Below, piece after piece: positions 41,592 through 55,300 of a stretch of 64,000 nt of DNA. The notes beneath the pieces were generated by a model, which had not been told where the DNA came from, searched no databases, and worked only from the letters and a program-made list of their open reading frames with translations. Positions within the stretch are counted from its first letter, which is position 1. Each line of letters starts with the position of its first letter. The translations under genes and the position numbers were made by a program. This stretch comes from Eledone cirrhosa (lineage: Eukaryota): contig OZ024743.1 in the NCBI GenBank assembly GCA_964016885.1, forward strand, positions 34,410,001-34,474,000. The letters are read 5' to 3'.

Positions 41592-42298
41592 CAGGGGCGG
41601 TGGAACTAGGGGGGGGGGGGACATTGACCCCTTAATAATTATATTGTTCTCCCCCAACTACTAAAACACACATTTATTTCTATATGCGCTAAAATTCATG
41701 TACATGTTATGTAGAAATAGATGGGTGAGATAGATATAGATATAGAGAGGAGTAGAGTTTGGTGGTAATGAATAGAGTGAGAGGATTGATAGAGCTATGT
41801 ATTGATCGATAAAAAGAGTGGGTGAGTTTGGTAGTGATGGATAGAGTGAGAGGGAATGAGAAAGAGTGTTTTATGGTAGATATAGAGAGGGGGATAGTTT
41901 GGTGGTTGTAGATATAGAGAAAAGATAATGGGAGAGTGTCGTGTAGTAGACATAGAGTGAGTCCAAAATAATAAGAGAGGTGGGAATACGGGGGGTGGGG
42001 GCTTGGAAAATCGGTATAGTTTACGTTCGTAAATATGGGATTTTTTGTAATGTTATTTTTTTTAAGGTAAAATAAAATAATTAGACCTGAGAGTATGTAA
42101 ATTATTGACGGACGTAAGAATGAAAATTCAATACTGCAGTAGAGTTTAAAGATTCATTTATTATGGCTAATTGATGTGTGTTGTTATTCTGGAGTTTCAC
42201 CTGTGTACTTACAAGATCATCAGTCATAACTGGTGATCCTGTGAGTACGCAGGTGAAACTCTAGAGCAACACAGCTCACCAATAGCCATAATAAATCA

Positions 42299-42356
<58 letters not shown>

Positions 42357-42716
42357 TGAATAAATAGGGTATAATACCAATTTATTACCAAATACGAAGA
42401 AGCTCGATATATCAAGCCCTTAGGAAAGGGTACAGAGTATTTTTTTTTTACATTATATATATATATATATATATATATGCGTGTGTGTGTATGTGTGTGT
42501 GTGTGTGTGTGTATGAGGGCCGGGGCAACTATTTGGAAATACGCTACAATTTATGCATATTTTATGTTTATCATATATCGAAGTTTTCTGACCATTTTAG
42601 AGTGTAAAGAGCTAAACTAATCACTACAACTAAATTCACCAAATTTTCCACACCACCACTACACCACCCACCCCACCCACTTCATCCCCAATTCAGAAAT
42701 GCTTCCACCACCCCTG
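41592..42716. mobile_element. Probable non-autonomous TIR DNA transposon
   Basis: Ends CAGGGGCGGTGGAA ... TTCCACCACCCCTG (13/14 inverted match) in TATAT context; no clean TSD. Confidence 0.5.
42152..42300. repeat. ~150-bp inverted repeat made of two head-to-head degenerate hammerhead/pLTR ends
   Basis: Minus: CTGATGA-T-CTTGTAAGTACACAGG-T-GAAA-CTCCAGAA-TA; plus: CTGGTGA-T-CCTGTGAGTACGCAGG-T-GAAA-CTCTAGAG; followed by (TA)n. Confidence 0.7.
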
Positions 42717-43489
42717 TATATAAACTGAAATAAATTCATATAGCAACAATACATTATATCCGAATTTGAAAAGAATGATGAAATGAAACGTACTTCAAGA
42801 TTTTGATTTTATATTAAAGATAAACTGAACTAACAAGGTAAAAATATTATCAAGGAATATTGTGAGTTGAGACAATTATCACACAGGTCAAGGAGAATAA
42901 CATAAATATAAATATCCACCATCGGGAACCATTGTAAGACATGCCGTCCTCTGTACTTTGCTCAGCATTAGAGAAGTATTAAATTTGATTAATTACGAAG
43001 TAACTGATGTTGACATATGTACGGTTCTTTGATGGCATAATCTTCTGAAGGAATAGAGAACATGTGATTGGCCTGTGGTTTGGAGACTTTATTGTATCGT
43101 TTCATTTGTTTGTAATGCAGCCAGCTAATGTACTTGGACTAAAAGAGAAAACAATGGTACTTCAATACATAATATCATATTATCAATAGATAATATCATA
43201 TCCGCTGATCATTATCATCATAGGCCTTCCACCAATAGTCTGCGGTGACTGCTCATATCAGAAGTATCAACACTGATTCGATCTTCTCCAATTGTTTCTA
43301 TCCTCATTTACTGCAATCCCGCTGTTCGATTTCAATGTCTATTTATCTTGTCTTACGTTTAAACAAACTTTTGTAACACAGTCGGGTCTACTCTGATTTC
43401 TCGTAACAATTAACTATTGTGAGTAGAGTATGTCTTGGCAATCGAGTTTTCTCCCTTGTTTGAACAATTCCAGCCCAACAATGATTAGT

Positions 43490-43675
43490 AACGGACAATA
43501 TGCTTTATAGCATAGGGTTACGCCTCTTTACAATCTGAGTTCAAATCCTGCCTAGGTTAGCTTTGCCTTTCATCCTTATGGTGTCGATAAAATAAAGTAC
43601 CAGTAATGCACTGGATCGATTTAATCGTTTTCCCTCACCCAAAATTGTTGGCCTTGTGCCTGATTCAGAAACCAA
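43490..43675 (+). mobile_element. tRNA-derived SINE
   Basis: B box, core, tail. Confidence 0.8.
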
Positions 43676-44464
43676 TATCTCTTCTATGTTAAGGAGCTTG
43701 ACTCTCCTCTAGGATAGTAGTGTTTTAACTATTTTCTCCGTGTGATGTTGAGGATCTGTCTCAAATATGTCATTAGATATGGATATAGATTGATTTTACT
43801 TGTTTTTTACTCAGTAAACTTGATACATGTTTATTCCAAGTGGACATAATAAATATGATACACCACTTACCCTTATTGATATGTTAGTCTATGTAACATG
43901 AGTCCAGTAAAATAACAAGATTAAATTTTATAGTAAATATCAATAGAATATGATATATCATCTAATAGAAATAGTTTATCAAACAAACTAGCGATCAAGA
44001 AGCATTAGAAAAGAAATATTTATCAGTTAAAATGTATATAACTTCAATATTGCCATCTAGTTTGCTATAAATAAATTTAGAGAAAGTAACCAAATGAATA
44101 CCCATTACTTACAGAATGAATCAGAGTTTGGCAGAACTTTCAATAGGATGGTTATCCAGTAAATCATATCACTGATCACAAAATGTTAAGCAATTGGCTT
44201 TATGTGTCATATCTGTGCTGGAGAAATAACTGTTTCTGATATTTTTATGCCAGACCTAAAGACATGGGTAACATACATGAAGTAAGGGTTTAGGGAAAGT
44301 GATTAAACGCCGCATACCAAAAGCAGACATGCCAACCTCTAAAACCCCAAACGGGGAGTACCATAAAAAAGTGCCCCAAAACAGGGTGAAATGAGGCAAA
44401 ATAGGGAGATTTTACATAATGAAAGCTATATCCATTTTCACAAGAGAAGACATCGCCCACTCAC

Positions 44465-44510
44465 TCCAAAGTAGGTGGAAGATCTCGTCGGACGGGGAGA
44501 GTTGACAGAT
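44465..44510 (-). CDS. Possible host exon (ICQLSPSDEIFHLLW)
   Basis: Acceptor TTTTGTTTCTTTTACAG, donor GTGAGT; in frame with 44735-44796. Confidence 0.35.
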
Positions 44511-44734
44511 CTGTAAAAGAAACAAAATCATTCGAAAATATTATAACAAATACTGAAATTCATTCTAAATAGTGAAAGGAAAGCGGAAAGTTGGATGAGG
44601 AGCTTATGACCTTATTGGTTGTTCTTGCAATGTTGAACAACTTCTAAATATTAAATAGAGCAATTGAAAAAAAAACTGTATACATGCTAAATTATAGCGT
44701 AGCCACTAATCTGAAACACGGCGTATTTACTCAC

Positions 44735-44796
44735 CCAAACGAAGGGGAAAGAGTCGGAAGCGAATTTCAGTGATGTCTGTGTTGATGAGGAATAAT
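44735..44796 (-). CDS. Possible host exon (xYSSSTQTSLKFASDSFPFVW)
   Basis: Acceptor TATTCTTCCACCTTAG, donor GG|GTGAGT, 62 nt. Confidence 0.35.
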
Positions 44797-45469
44797 CTAA
44801 GGTGGAAGAATAGACAAACATCAAATATGTCTTCCTTTATTATGTAAATTAATGTTACTTCAATTAATCGAAATACGATTGCTTAGAATCGTAATCAAAC
44901 TCTATGATTGATACTTCAGAAAGTTTAATACTTGTGGTTGAGTGTGTAGTCATTTTTTTTTTATTTCCACGAGATTGTTTCTCTAAAACAAATTACCAGT
45001 TAGTAAGTGTGTAACTAGCTAGCATGAGTGGCCCTGTAGTTAACAGGGGAGTCTCGGGTTAACAGGAGACTATAAAATCGTAGGTAGGGAACTTAAGTAT
45101 CCACTGCGTTTAAAATACTCGGATGTTTCATGATAGCTACTTTAGCTTACAGTTCAAATTGCGATGTTTTTTGTTTTTTTATATATGATTTAGCTACAAG
45201 TCTTGATCTATAAATTTACTCCGAAGATACTCAAGAGATAGAAAACAATCCATTGAATTATTCCTATGACTTTGCTTGCACATTGTTTACGATCCTAGAG
45301 GGATGCAAAGCACATTAAAATAGGCTGAATTTGAATTCAGATATTAAATCTTTGAAACCAAACTGTGAAAATACTGATAATCTGAGGCTTTACTATTTTA
45401 CGACTTCACGGTTCTGGCATTAGCTATGGTCGGTGTTGGTAGAAGTGAATCCAATAAAGTTTATAAAAT

Positions 45470-45685
45470 TGTTTCTAATTCAGGCATAACAACAGCGATT
45501 TGGGGGAGAAAGAAAAGTCAGTTATATCGACTCGGGTACTTGACTTGTACTTTATTTTATCGGCTCTGGAAGAATGAAAGGCCAGATTGACTTCAGTATA
45601 ATTTGAACTCAGAACGTAAAGAGTACAAAATAAATTTGCGTCATATTTTATCCAACGTTTTAACGATTCTGCTAATCCACTAACC
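45470..45685 (-). mobile_element. Decayed tRNA-derived SINE
   Basis: Core and B box remnants. Confidence 0.7.
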
Positions 45686-46565
45686 TTAAATAAGCTTTAC
45701 AAAATGACATAAGTTTGTATGTTGTACAGAGCTTGTGCTGTATTCTCTTAAGGATGATAGTAATTTAGTATTTTACAGATCGATGGAAATGGTATTGTAA
45801 TGTCTGTGTTATGAAAGTGCTGTTTTTTGTATTGGTGGAGATGGTGGTGTTTTGAGAATTTTGAGATGATGGTATCGTTATGTTGGTGTGGTGGAAGTAT
45901 GGCAGTTCAAAGGAGGTTTTGTGTTGGTTTTATGAACTGATACTTTGGTGACATTGTAGCGGCGATGTTATGACGCTGACATTGTCGTAGTGATGTGATA
46001 GAGAATGTAGAGTGGTGACTTAGATATGTTCTAGTAGTGTTAGAACAGATAGAGACGTTGTTGTGGTGGTTTTTAGATGTATTGGGAGAAGAGAGGTATT
46101 GGGGGTGTTGTATTAATGATGTGGTAGAGGATGGATAGAAGAATGGATTGATGGAAAGATGGATGGACTGACAGAAGGATAGAAGGAGGGAGAGACAGAG
46201 AGATAGAGAAAGAGACGAGAGAAATGGGGAAAGAGGAAGATAGATATGTTGGTCGATAGATAGATAGGTAGATAGATAGAGAGATAGATAGATAAGTAGA
46301 TAGGTAGATAGATAGATTGATATAGATAGATATATTTCTTTATTAGCCACTAGGGCACAAGAGAAAGGGACAAATACAAATAGGGAGTTTACATACAGGT
46401 ATATGAGAATAAAACTATTAATAAAATAACAAATAACAATTGAAATCCCCAATAGGAGGGAGGTGTTACACAGGGGTTGTACACGCCCCGAAAAAATGTA
46501 CAACCCTCATCTCCAGGAACACCAAGAGTGAGTACTCCCTTCCTCTCTTCCTCTTTTTCCTCAAC

Positions 46566-49500
46566 CTACAGGCTTATATAGAGAGAAGGCCCAAACACTC
46601 GGGCCATCTTTTCCACATTCACCCACCTTTTATAAAATTATCTGGGGTACAGCACCTCTCTCTCCATCCTCATTCTTCGCCGGAGAGAAAGGTGTCTGAC
46701 CTCAGCCCTTTTAACCTCGTCCACCATATAACCTCTTTCACCATAGCCATAACACATAGGAAAACCGCCTCTCCCTCGTTTGGAGGGTGGCGGTTTGATC
46801 ATGACAATGGACTCGGTGGTCAACTTGATTGGTCCCACCCGCGACAATAGTCGTTCTACATAACCCCACAGGTCTGTAACGCCCGGGCAGTGTACAAATG
46901 GTGTACAAACGGTTTCCTCGTCGCGCACGATTCTCGGACAGATCTTTTTCGAAGGGTCCCTACCCGGGCGCCCATGTCTGTAGAGCTTGTCTCGAACTAG
47001 TAGAGCTCCTCGGTAGCACTGCCAGGCCAGGGACCTTTGGAAGTTGTCCATTGGTCCCGGGCGGAAGGGCCTACCGAACAGACTGGCCAGTTCGTCCTCC
47101 TCTAGGCCCAGAGTTTCTCCGAGCGTGTCATCGCACTTGCTGCGGACCAGCCCTCTATAGAATATCAAAGTGGAGTCTCCACTGATCGCCGGGTCCGTTT
47201 GCCAGAGGACTGTGTGCGCCTGAGCACATTCTATGTGCCAGTCGCCCATTTTCCTCAGTCTTTGGTTGACCCAGGACTGCAGCTCGGTCAGCGAGACGAG
47301 TCGTGGGAAGGCTCGTCTCACGAACGGGGCCCACACCGGTTGTCTGGTGAGGAATACGTGGAGGTGCCGCAGCCTGAGCGCGTGTTTGCGCATCGTCAGC
47401 CACGGCAACCCCAGCCCCCCGTTTGAAGGGTGATGGCAGCAGATGGATCTTCTCACCAAAGGAGCCCGTTTCTTCCAAAAGAATTGGAAGAGCGCGCGCT
47501 CCATTTTGGCGAGCGTTTTGGCTGGACAAGGCACGACGGTCAAGCGGTAGTAGATGACGGACGCTATAAAAGTGTTCGCCACCTCCACTCGACCTTTCAA
47601 GGATAGTTTGCACTCGGCCTACTTCTGGGTGAGCGCAAACACGTTGGCCGTCACCTCGTTCCAGTTCTTCTCCACCTGGAGGTCCGGACCAAACCAGACC
47701 TCGGGCAGCCTTACCGGTCCTTCCGTCCACCGTCCGACGACGCCACCGAAAGGCATCGGTTTGCCTCTGCACGTTCCGAGTTGCAAACCGACGGATTTGT
47801 TCCGGTTCAGCTTCGTTCCTGTGAAGCTTTCGTATTCCTCCAGTAAGGTACAGATCTCCCCGATTTGCTAGGTGCTCGGGACCATTACTGTCACGACGTC
47901 GGCGTAGGCCGACGCCGCTTTTCGCAGTCCCGGTTCCAAAGGGATGCCCTGCAATAGCTCCAACTTCCGTAGTAGTGGCTCGAGAGTCAGTGCGTACAGA
48001 AGGGAGGAGAGAGTGAATCCCTGTCGGATGGATCGCGTCATATGGAACGGCTCCGAGAGGTAGCCGTTCACCTTGACCCTTGAGCATATGTTGCTGCTGT
48101 GCATTGCAGCAATCCAGCCCCTGAACACGGGTCCGAAGCCTGCCGCCTCTCGCACCGCATCCAGGTAATGATGGTGAACCCTATCGAAATCCTTAGACTG
48201 ATCCAAGTTGATCAGGGCCCAACCGAATCCGGGTTTACACCCTACCCTCTCTATGGTGTATCGCATGAGGTGAAGGTTGTCGTGTATGGACCTGGTCGGG
48301 ATTGCGCATGTCTGCGCTTCTCCCACCAGGTTTTCAACGACAAGCGCCAGCCTCTTTGCCAACACCTTGGCCAAAATCTGTAACTCTGTGTTGAGCAGAG
48401 TTATGGGCCGGAAGTTGCCTATGTCATCCCCCTTGTTCTCGTCCTTCCTGACTAACGTGATTACGCTCTTGGTCACAGAATTGGAAATTCTCCCGTTCTG
48501 CTGCCAGTTGCAGTAGACCGCTTCCAGGAGACCGGAGAACAAGTCAGGCATTGCTACGTAAAATTCGTAGGGTAGACCGTCGAGACCTGGAGATTTGCGT
48601 TTGCCGCATTGGCTCAGCGCGTCCCCTATCTCAGCGGCCGAAATCGGCTTTCGCAGAACTTCGCCTCGCTGTCCGAGAGTCGCGGTAGGCCGTCGATGTA
48701 TTCATAGCCCCTCCCCGCGCGCCGCCCTGTCTGAACAGTTGAGCAAAGTGCCGTTGAAAGGCCACGCACATTTGCTTCGGCTCACGTATCACGCGTCCGT
48801 CTTGGTCCTTCAAAGACCGAATCATGGACTTGTTGCCACTTTTCGCCTCCGTCACTCGGGCCTGGCTAACAGCTTTGGCTCCCTCGTTTCCCAGAGCAAG
48901 TATTTTGCTTCTGACAACGCAGCCTTCATGCTTTGCGTCGAAGAACTGGTCCAAGTCCGTTCTCGTCGCTAGCACGCTGGCTACGTTGCCACTCCTAAGT
49001 GCCTCTTCCACTTTATCTGCCAGTTCCTTTTCGGTCTTATTTCTATGTAACACTAATTCTTTACTAAAACTAATTGAGTCTAATCTAACTGCCCTCTTGA
49101 GAGAGTACCACCATCTGTTGTTGACAATGGTCCCCGTCAAGTGCTGCTTAACTAAAGTGCTAATCCGTCTACTGTAGGCTTTGCATGTCGGTAACGACAG
49201 GTTCAGCTTCCAGTAGCTGGCTCCCTGTCTATGGGTTTTGTCAAGGTTGAATAAGCAGGTTACTAATTTGTGATCTGAATAGGCAACCATGAACATTTGT
49301 GGACCGCTTAACATGTCCCTATCCTTCTTTCTAACTATAACCCTATCTAGGTACGATCTAGATGTTCCGCTAAAATTAGTCCACGTCCACAGTGGCACAG
49401 TCGGAAAATCTAGTCGATATCTATCGGCCAGGTCAAATCGGCCGATTAACTGTTTGAGGCTGTTACACCCCCCTCTATCAGGACATGCTGCCACATAGTC

Positions 49501-49950
49501 CCAACGCGCATCTAGGATTCCATCCCTGTCCCCCACTAACAGCAGGGAGCGGGACGTTCCCAGAAAAGTCTCTAGACGTTTGAAGAAGTCTGGCCGCGGT
49601 GTCCCGTATGCGGCATATGCGGCCACCAGCCTGAAGGCTCCACCTTCACTACCGTCAACGTCTAGGACCACCAGTCGACCCTGCGGGTCTAGATGTATCG
49701 TCTGTGTTACGAGGTCCAAGTGTTTCCGCAGCAAAACGGCAACCCCACCCCCACCTCCCGGCTGACAGAGAGATGCGTAGATCTCAAAGTCGTCGAAGAT
49801 GGAGGCCAGTTGTCGCTCGCTGTGGATCCTGGACTCGCAAATGGATACTTCATCCATACTGTGCAACCTGAGGTCATTTAAGAGTTTGCCCTGTTTCCAG
49901 GGCATCCCCAGGCCACGTACATTCACACATCCAACTCTTATATTGGCCAT
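46566..49950 (-). pseudogene. LINE ORF2 (APE endonuclease + RT), several frameshifts
   Basis: Fragments 48631-49950, 47868-48551 and 46638-47600 are collinear with the intact paralog 52351-55797. Confidence 0.92.
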
Positions 49951-50110
49951 ATTGGTGCTGAAAAGTTAAAATAAGAGGAAAATAAATCACTCACCTCTTC
50001 GTCTCCTGGGGACCAGGCTGCACAATTTCCATTGGGGTGTTGGAGGGGTTGTTAGGTGGGTGGTGGTCTCTGGCGGGGTGGGGACGGAGACGTTTGGTGG
50101 GGAGGGGGTG

Positions 50111-51888
50111 TCAGGTGGGTGTGGGTGTCTGAATGGGAGTGTCTGGGGTGGGGGTGGGGAAACATTTCAAAAGTACGCGGTTATAGCGTTTGACGCAGGG
50201 GTTACCTAACTGTTTATGTGTGTCCATGGAGATTCTAATCATCTTAAGATTAGGATTCTCCGCAGAGTGCGTAAAAGTTTTCCCTTCGGTATCCACCGAA
50301 GGGTTTTTATACATGGTGTCTGTTAAAGTTTTATTGTTAGTATTTATGTAGTTGTAATATTTTTGTTGTGTTGCTTTTTCTCTGTGGTTCTTGTGTGTGT
50401 TTACGTTTTGTAGTAGGTGTTTTGTTTTCAGGAGGGGGTGTTTTTGTTTGGGCTGTTTGCGTCGCTTGTATTGGTATCTGTGTGTTTGTTGTATTTTTGT
50501 TTGTGTTATGTCTTTTTTTTTTACTGGTCGGAAAGGCTCTCCCTCATCGTCACTGGGTGACGATGATGAGGCCTCATCCGTGTTGTTGGGGAGGGGTACA
50601 TTTTGTGGAGCTGTTATGTGTGTGGGTGTTTCTGGAGTTGTTTTAGGTGGGGAGGGGTTGGGTGTGACTGTGTTTGCAGTTTGGTTTGTTTTTGTGTGTT
50701 GTGTTGTTGTGATGGTGGTGGTGGTTGTGTTGTTGTGTTGGGTGTCGGCAGTAGTGCTTTTTTTAATGCAGTTAATTGAGGACAGGAAGCCCTCAGGTGA
50801 CCACTGCTTAAACAGTGGTAACATGAAGACCGTCTACCCTCAACAGAAATGTTTATGTAGGAATTTCCATCCAGAGGCATACGTTGTGGTATACTAGCTA
50901 TCCGTTCTGGTCTCATTTGGACCAGAACTTCTAAGCTTGTACCGTTGAATATGCCCCTGGAGGACTTTCCTACCGAAATTACTGTATCTTCATCAAAATT
51001 GATCAAACCAGCTAATATCCACCAGATGTTTACATTTGGTGTGATATTTGTTACTTTTATTTTTGGGGTCCTTTTTCCAATGTATGTGGGGAAAAAGGTG
51101 GAGAGGGGGGACACAATTGGCGACACAGAATATTTCTGTGCCGTTAATTGGTCTTTCATTATTATTGACAAACTCCCGAAGAGTTTTCCCTTCTGTATGA
51201 AGGCAATGTCCTTCGTGGAGTTTCTTAGAACCAGCTCAATTTCGTTTTGAGTTAATTGAGCTGGTTTTCTGGTGGTATTTGAGATTGTCTTAAAAACTAT
51301 GGTTTTCAGGACAATATCTCTACGCAATTCTTGGGGAGAAGTGATGCTAAAAGCGCCATTATCACCAAAAGCTATATATTGCTTGGCATCTCTTAGCAAT
51401 TCTCCGGCATTAGAGATGTCAATCTGTGTATATAGTTCTGTATTTTGGACAGTTTGTGCGAACCAAACCTTTTTTTCCTTGTTTGTGGAGTTGTTCTTGT
51501 TGGTGTTGTCATTATTGTTGCTGTTGTTGGTGTTGTTGTCATCATTGTTGCTGTTGTTGTTGTTGGCATTGTTGTCGTTGTTGTTGTTGTTGCTGTTGTT
51601 GTTGTTGTTTTTGTAGTTCTCAATTGCTTGATCTGTGATTGCGGAATTCATTTGTGAAATTGTGTTTTCGTTCATAGCATTGTTGTTATTGTTGTTGCTG
51701 GTGCCGCTGGTTGTGTTGTTTTGGTTTATTGCCATGGCAACGTCAAGTTGTCGGTCAGCAGGTGGAGAAAATTCTTTATCTGGCTGACCTTTGTCTTTGA
51801 CATCTGCTACTATGACAGTGGCAGGGGGAAGTTGTAAGCATATCTTCCCTTTTCCTCCTTCGAATGTTGGTGAAGAAGCTTCAGCCAT
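50111..51888 (-). pseudogene. LINE ORF1 (Asn-rich N-terminus, CCHC zinc knuckle), frameshifted
   Basis: CYHCLSSGHLRASC; continues in the 50111-50824 frame; homologous to 55790-57720. Confidence 0.85.
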
Positions 51889-52350
51889 TTTTTTTAAATG
51901 TTAGCTTTTCCAAAAAAATACTTTTATGTACTATTTCGCCTAAAGGCGTAGAATATTTTGAGAGACTGACCAGATCAAAATTTGACCTGGCAGTCCCTCT
52001 ACAAGTTGATATAAAAATGAAGGTTCACAGTTAGGAATTTCTATAGAAATTTAGGCAGAAATTACCCAGCAAGTTTCACGCGTCTGTCCATCCCAGAGAT
52101 AGATAGATAGATAGATTTCTTTATTAGCCACAAGGGCGCAACAAGAAAAGGGGACAATACAAAGACATGCCGGGGATTTTACATACAGTCGTGTAAAAAA
52201 TATAAAAACAAACAATTTCAACAATCGAAATCCCCAATAGGGGGGAGGCGCCACAAATGGGTTGTTTAATACCCCGTCGATAGAACAACCCTCAACTCCA
52301 GGAGCGTGTTGTGCAAGTGCTCCTTTCTTCCTTTTGCTCTCTTCCTCAAC

Positions 52351-55300
52351 CTACAGGCTTATAAACAGAGAAGGCCCAATCACTCGGGCCATTTTCGCTT
52401 CATTCACCCACCTTTCAGTAAATTTACTGGGGTGCAGTGCCTCTCTCTCCACCCTGATTCTCCTTCTAAAGTGATACTTAAAGAAGGGAATCAATTGTTG
52501 TCCGGAGAGAAAGGCATCTGTCCTCAGTCCTCTCAACCTCGTCCACCATATAACTTCTTTCACCATAGCCACCGTACAGAGGAAAACCGCCTCTCTTTCG
52601 TTTTTGAAAGAGTCTGGCGGTTTGATCCTTACTATGGACTCGGCAGTCAACTGGATTTGTCCCATACGCGACAGCAGTTGTTCTGCATAGTTCCACAGGT
52701 CGCTTACGCCCGGGCAGTGTACAATTGCGTGCAGAACTGTTTCAATGTTCTGCGCACATCTTGGACACATCCCCTTGGAAGGATCCCTGCCGGGGCGTCC
52801 GTACCTGTAGATCTTGTCACGAACCGGTAGAGCTCCTCGGTAGCACTGCCAGGCCAGGGACCTCTGGAAGTTGTCCATAGGTCCCGGGCGTAAAGTCCTA
52901 CCAAACAGACTGGTGAGCTCATCGTCTTCGACGCCCAGAGTCTCTCCGAGCACGTCGTCGCCCTTGTAACGTACAATCCCTCTATAGAATGTCGAAGTGG
53001 AGTCTCCACTGATTGCTGCGCCCGCTTGCCAGAGGACTGTGAGCGCCTGAGCGCATTCAATGTGCCAGGCGCCCATCGTTTTCGGTCTTTTCTTCACCCA
53101 GGACTGCAGCTCCGTTAGCGAGACGAGCTGTGGGAAAGCCTGTCTCACAAACGGTGCCCACACCGGTTGGGGGTCGGTGAGGAATACCTGGAGATGCCGC
53201 AGCCTCAGCGCATGTTTGTGCATCATCAGCCACGGTATTCCCAGCCCTCCGTTGGAAGGGTGCTGACAGCAGACGGATCTCCTCACCAACGGAGCCTGCT
53301 TCTTCCACAGAAACTGCAAGAGCATGCGTTCCATCTTGGCGAGGTGTTCACGGGGACAAGGCACGACAGTCAAGCGGTAGTAGATGACGGACGCTATGAA
53401 AGTGTTCGCCACCTCCGCTCGACCTTTCAAGGACAGTTTGCACTCTGCCCACTTCTGAGTGAGTGCAAACACCTTGGCCGTGACCTCGTTCCAGTTTTTC
53501 TCCACCTGGAGGTCTGGACCGAACCAGACCCCGAGCAATTTCACCGGTCCGTCCGTCCAGCGTCCAACGACGCTGTCGGATGTCATCGGTTTGCCTCTCC
53601 ACGTACCGAGTTGCAAACCGACAGACTTGTCTGGGTTTAGTTTTGCTCCCGTCAGCGTTTCGTATTCTTTCAGTAAGTTGCCGATCACCCCGATTTCCGA
53701 GGTGCTCGACACCATTACCGTCACGTCGTCGGCATAAGCCGACGCCGCTTTGCGCAGTCCCGGTTCTAGGGGGATGCCCTGCAACAGCTCCAATTTCCGC
53801 AGTAGTGGCTCTAGAGTCAATACATACAGAATGGAGGAGAGAGGGCATCCCTGTCGAATGGAACGCGTGATTGCGAACGGCTCCGATAGGTAGCCGTTCA
53901 CCTTGACCCTCGAGCAGATGCTGGTGTGCATCGCCTCGATCCATCCTCTGAACACGGGACCGAAACCGGCCGCCTTGAGAACCCCTTCCAAGTATCGATG
54001 GTCGACCCTATCGAATGCCTTAGACTGATCCAAGTTGATCAGAGCCCCACCGAAGCCGGGTTTACTACCCACCCTCTCTATGATGTATCGCATCAGGTGG
54101 AGGTTGTCGTGTATGGACCTGGTTGGGATTGCACACGTTTGCGCTTTCCCTACCAGGTTCTCGACGACAAACGCCAACCTCGTCACTAGCACCTTGGCCA
54201 ATATCTTTAACTCTGTGTTGAGCAGAGTTATGGGCCTGAAGTTGTTAATTTCGTCCCCCTTGTTCTCGTCTTTCCTGATCAGCGTTACTACGCCCTTGCC
54301 TGCAGAACTGGGAATTCTCCCGTTCTGCTGCCAATTGCAGTAGACGGCTTCGAGGACGCCAGAGATCAAGTCCGGCATGCCTATGTAAAATTCGTAGGGT
54401 AGACTATCTAGACCGGGTGACTTGCGTTTCCCGCAGCGGCCCAGAGCGTCCCGTATCTCAGTGTCCGTGATCGGTCTTTCGCAGAACTCGGCGTCCGTGT
54501 TCGAGAGACGCGGCAGGCCGTCGAGGTATGAAGTAAAGTCCATTGCCCCGTTCGGCTCACCGTCGTTCTGCTCAAACAGTCGCGCAAAGTGCCGCTGAAA
54601 GGCCGCGCACATTTGCTTGGGGTCAAGTAGCACGCGTCCGTTTTGGTCTTTCAAAGACCGAATCGTGGACTTGTTGCTACTTTTTTCCTCCGCCACTCGG
54701 GCCCAGCTGACAGCTTTCGCTCCTTCGTTTCCTAGAGCACGTGTTTTGCTTCTGACCACGCAGCCTTCGTGTTTCGCATCGAAGAACTGGTCCAGTGCCG
54801 TTCTCGACGCTAACACTCTAGCCGCGTTGCCACTTCTAAGTGCCTCCTCTACCTTGGCTGCTAGTTCTCTTTCTATTCTGTTTTTCTCTAAGGCTAACTC
54901 TCTGCTATACCCTATCGATTCTATTCTAATTGCTTTCTTGAGAGAGTACCACCATCTATTGTTGACGATGGCTCCCGTTAACTGTTGCTTGACTAGTCTA
55001 CTTATCCGTTCACTGTAAGCTTTACGTGCCGGCAACGACACGTTCAGCTTCCAGTATCCGGGACCCTGTCTATGTATTCTATCACGGTTGACTAAGCAGA
55101 CGACTAACTTGTGATCTGAATAGGCAACCATGTGCATCCGTGGACAGCCTAACATCTCCTTGTCCCTTTCTCTAATGAAGAACCTATCTAAATACGATCT
55201 AGATGTCCCACTGCGGTTTACCCACGTCCACTGTGGTGCAGTCGGGAAATCCAGTCGATACCTATCGGCCAGTTGGAATTGGCCGATTAAAGTTTTGAGG

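Larger units (their letters stand above)
46335..52096 (-). mobile_element. Full-length L1/Tx1-clade LINE, copy 1 (frameshifted)
   Basis: ORF1 with CCHC knuckle, fragmented APE-RT ORF2, AATAAA at the 3' end running into a GATA-rich tract. Confidence 0.93.
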
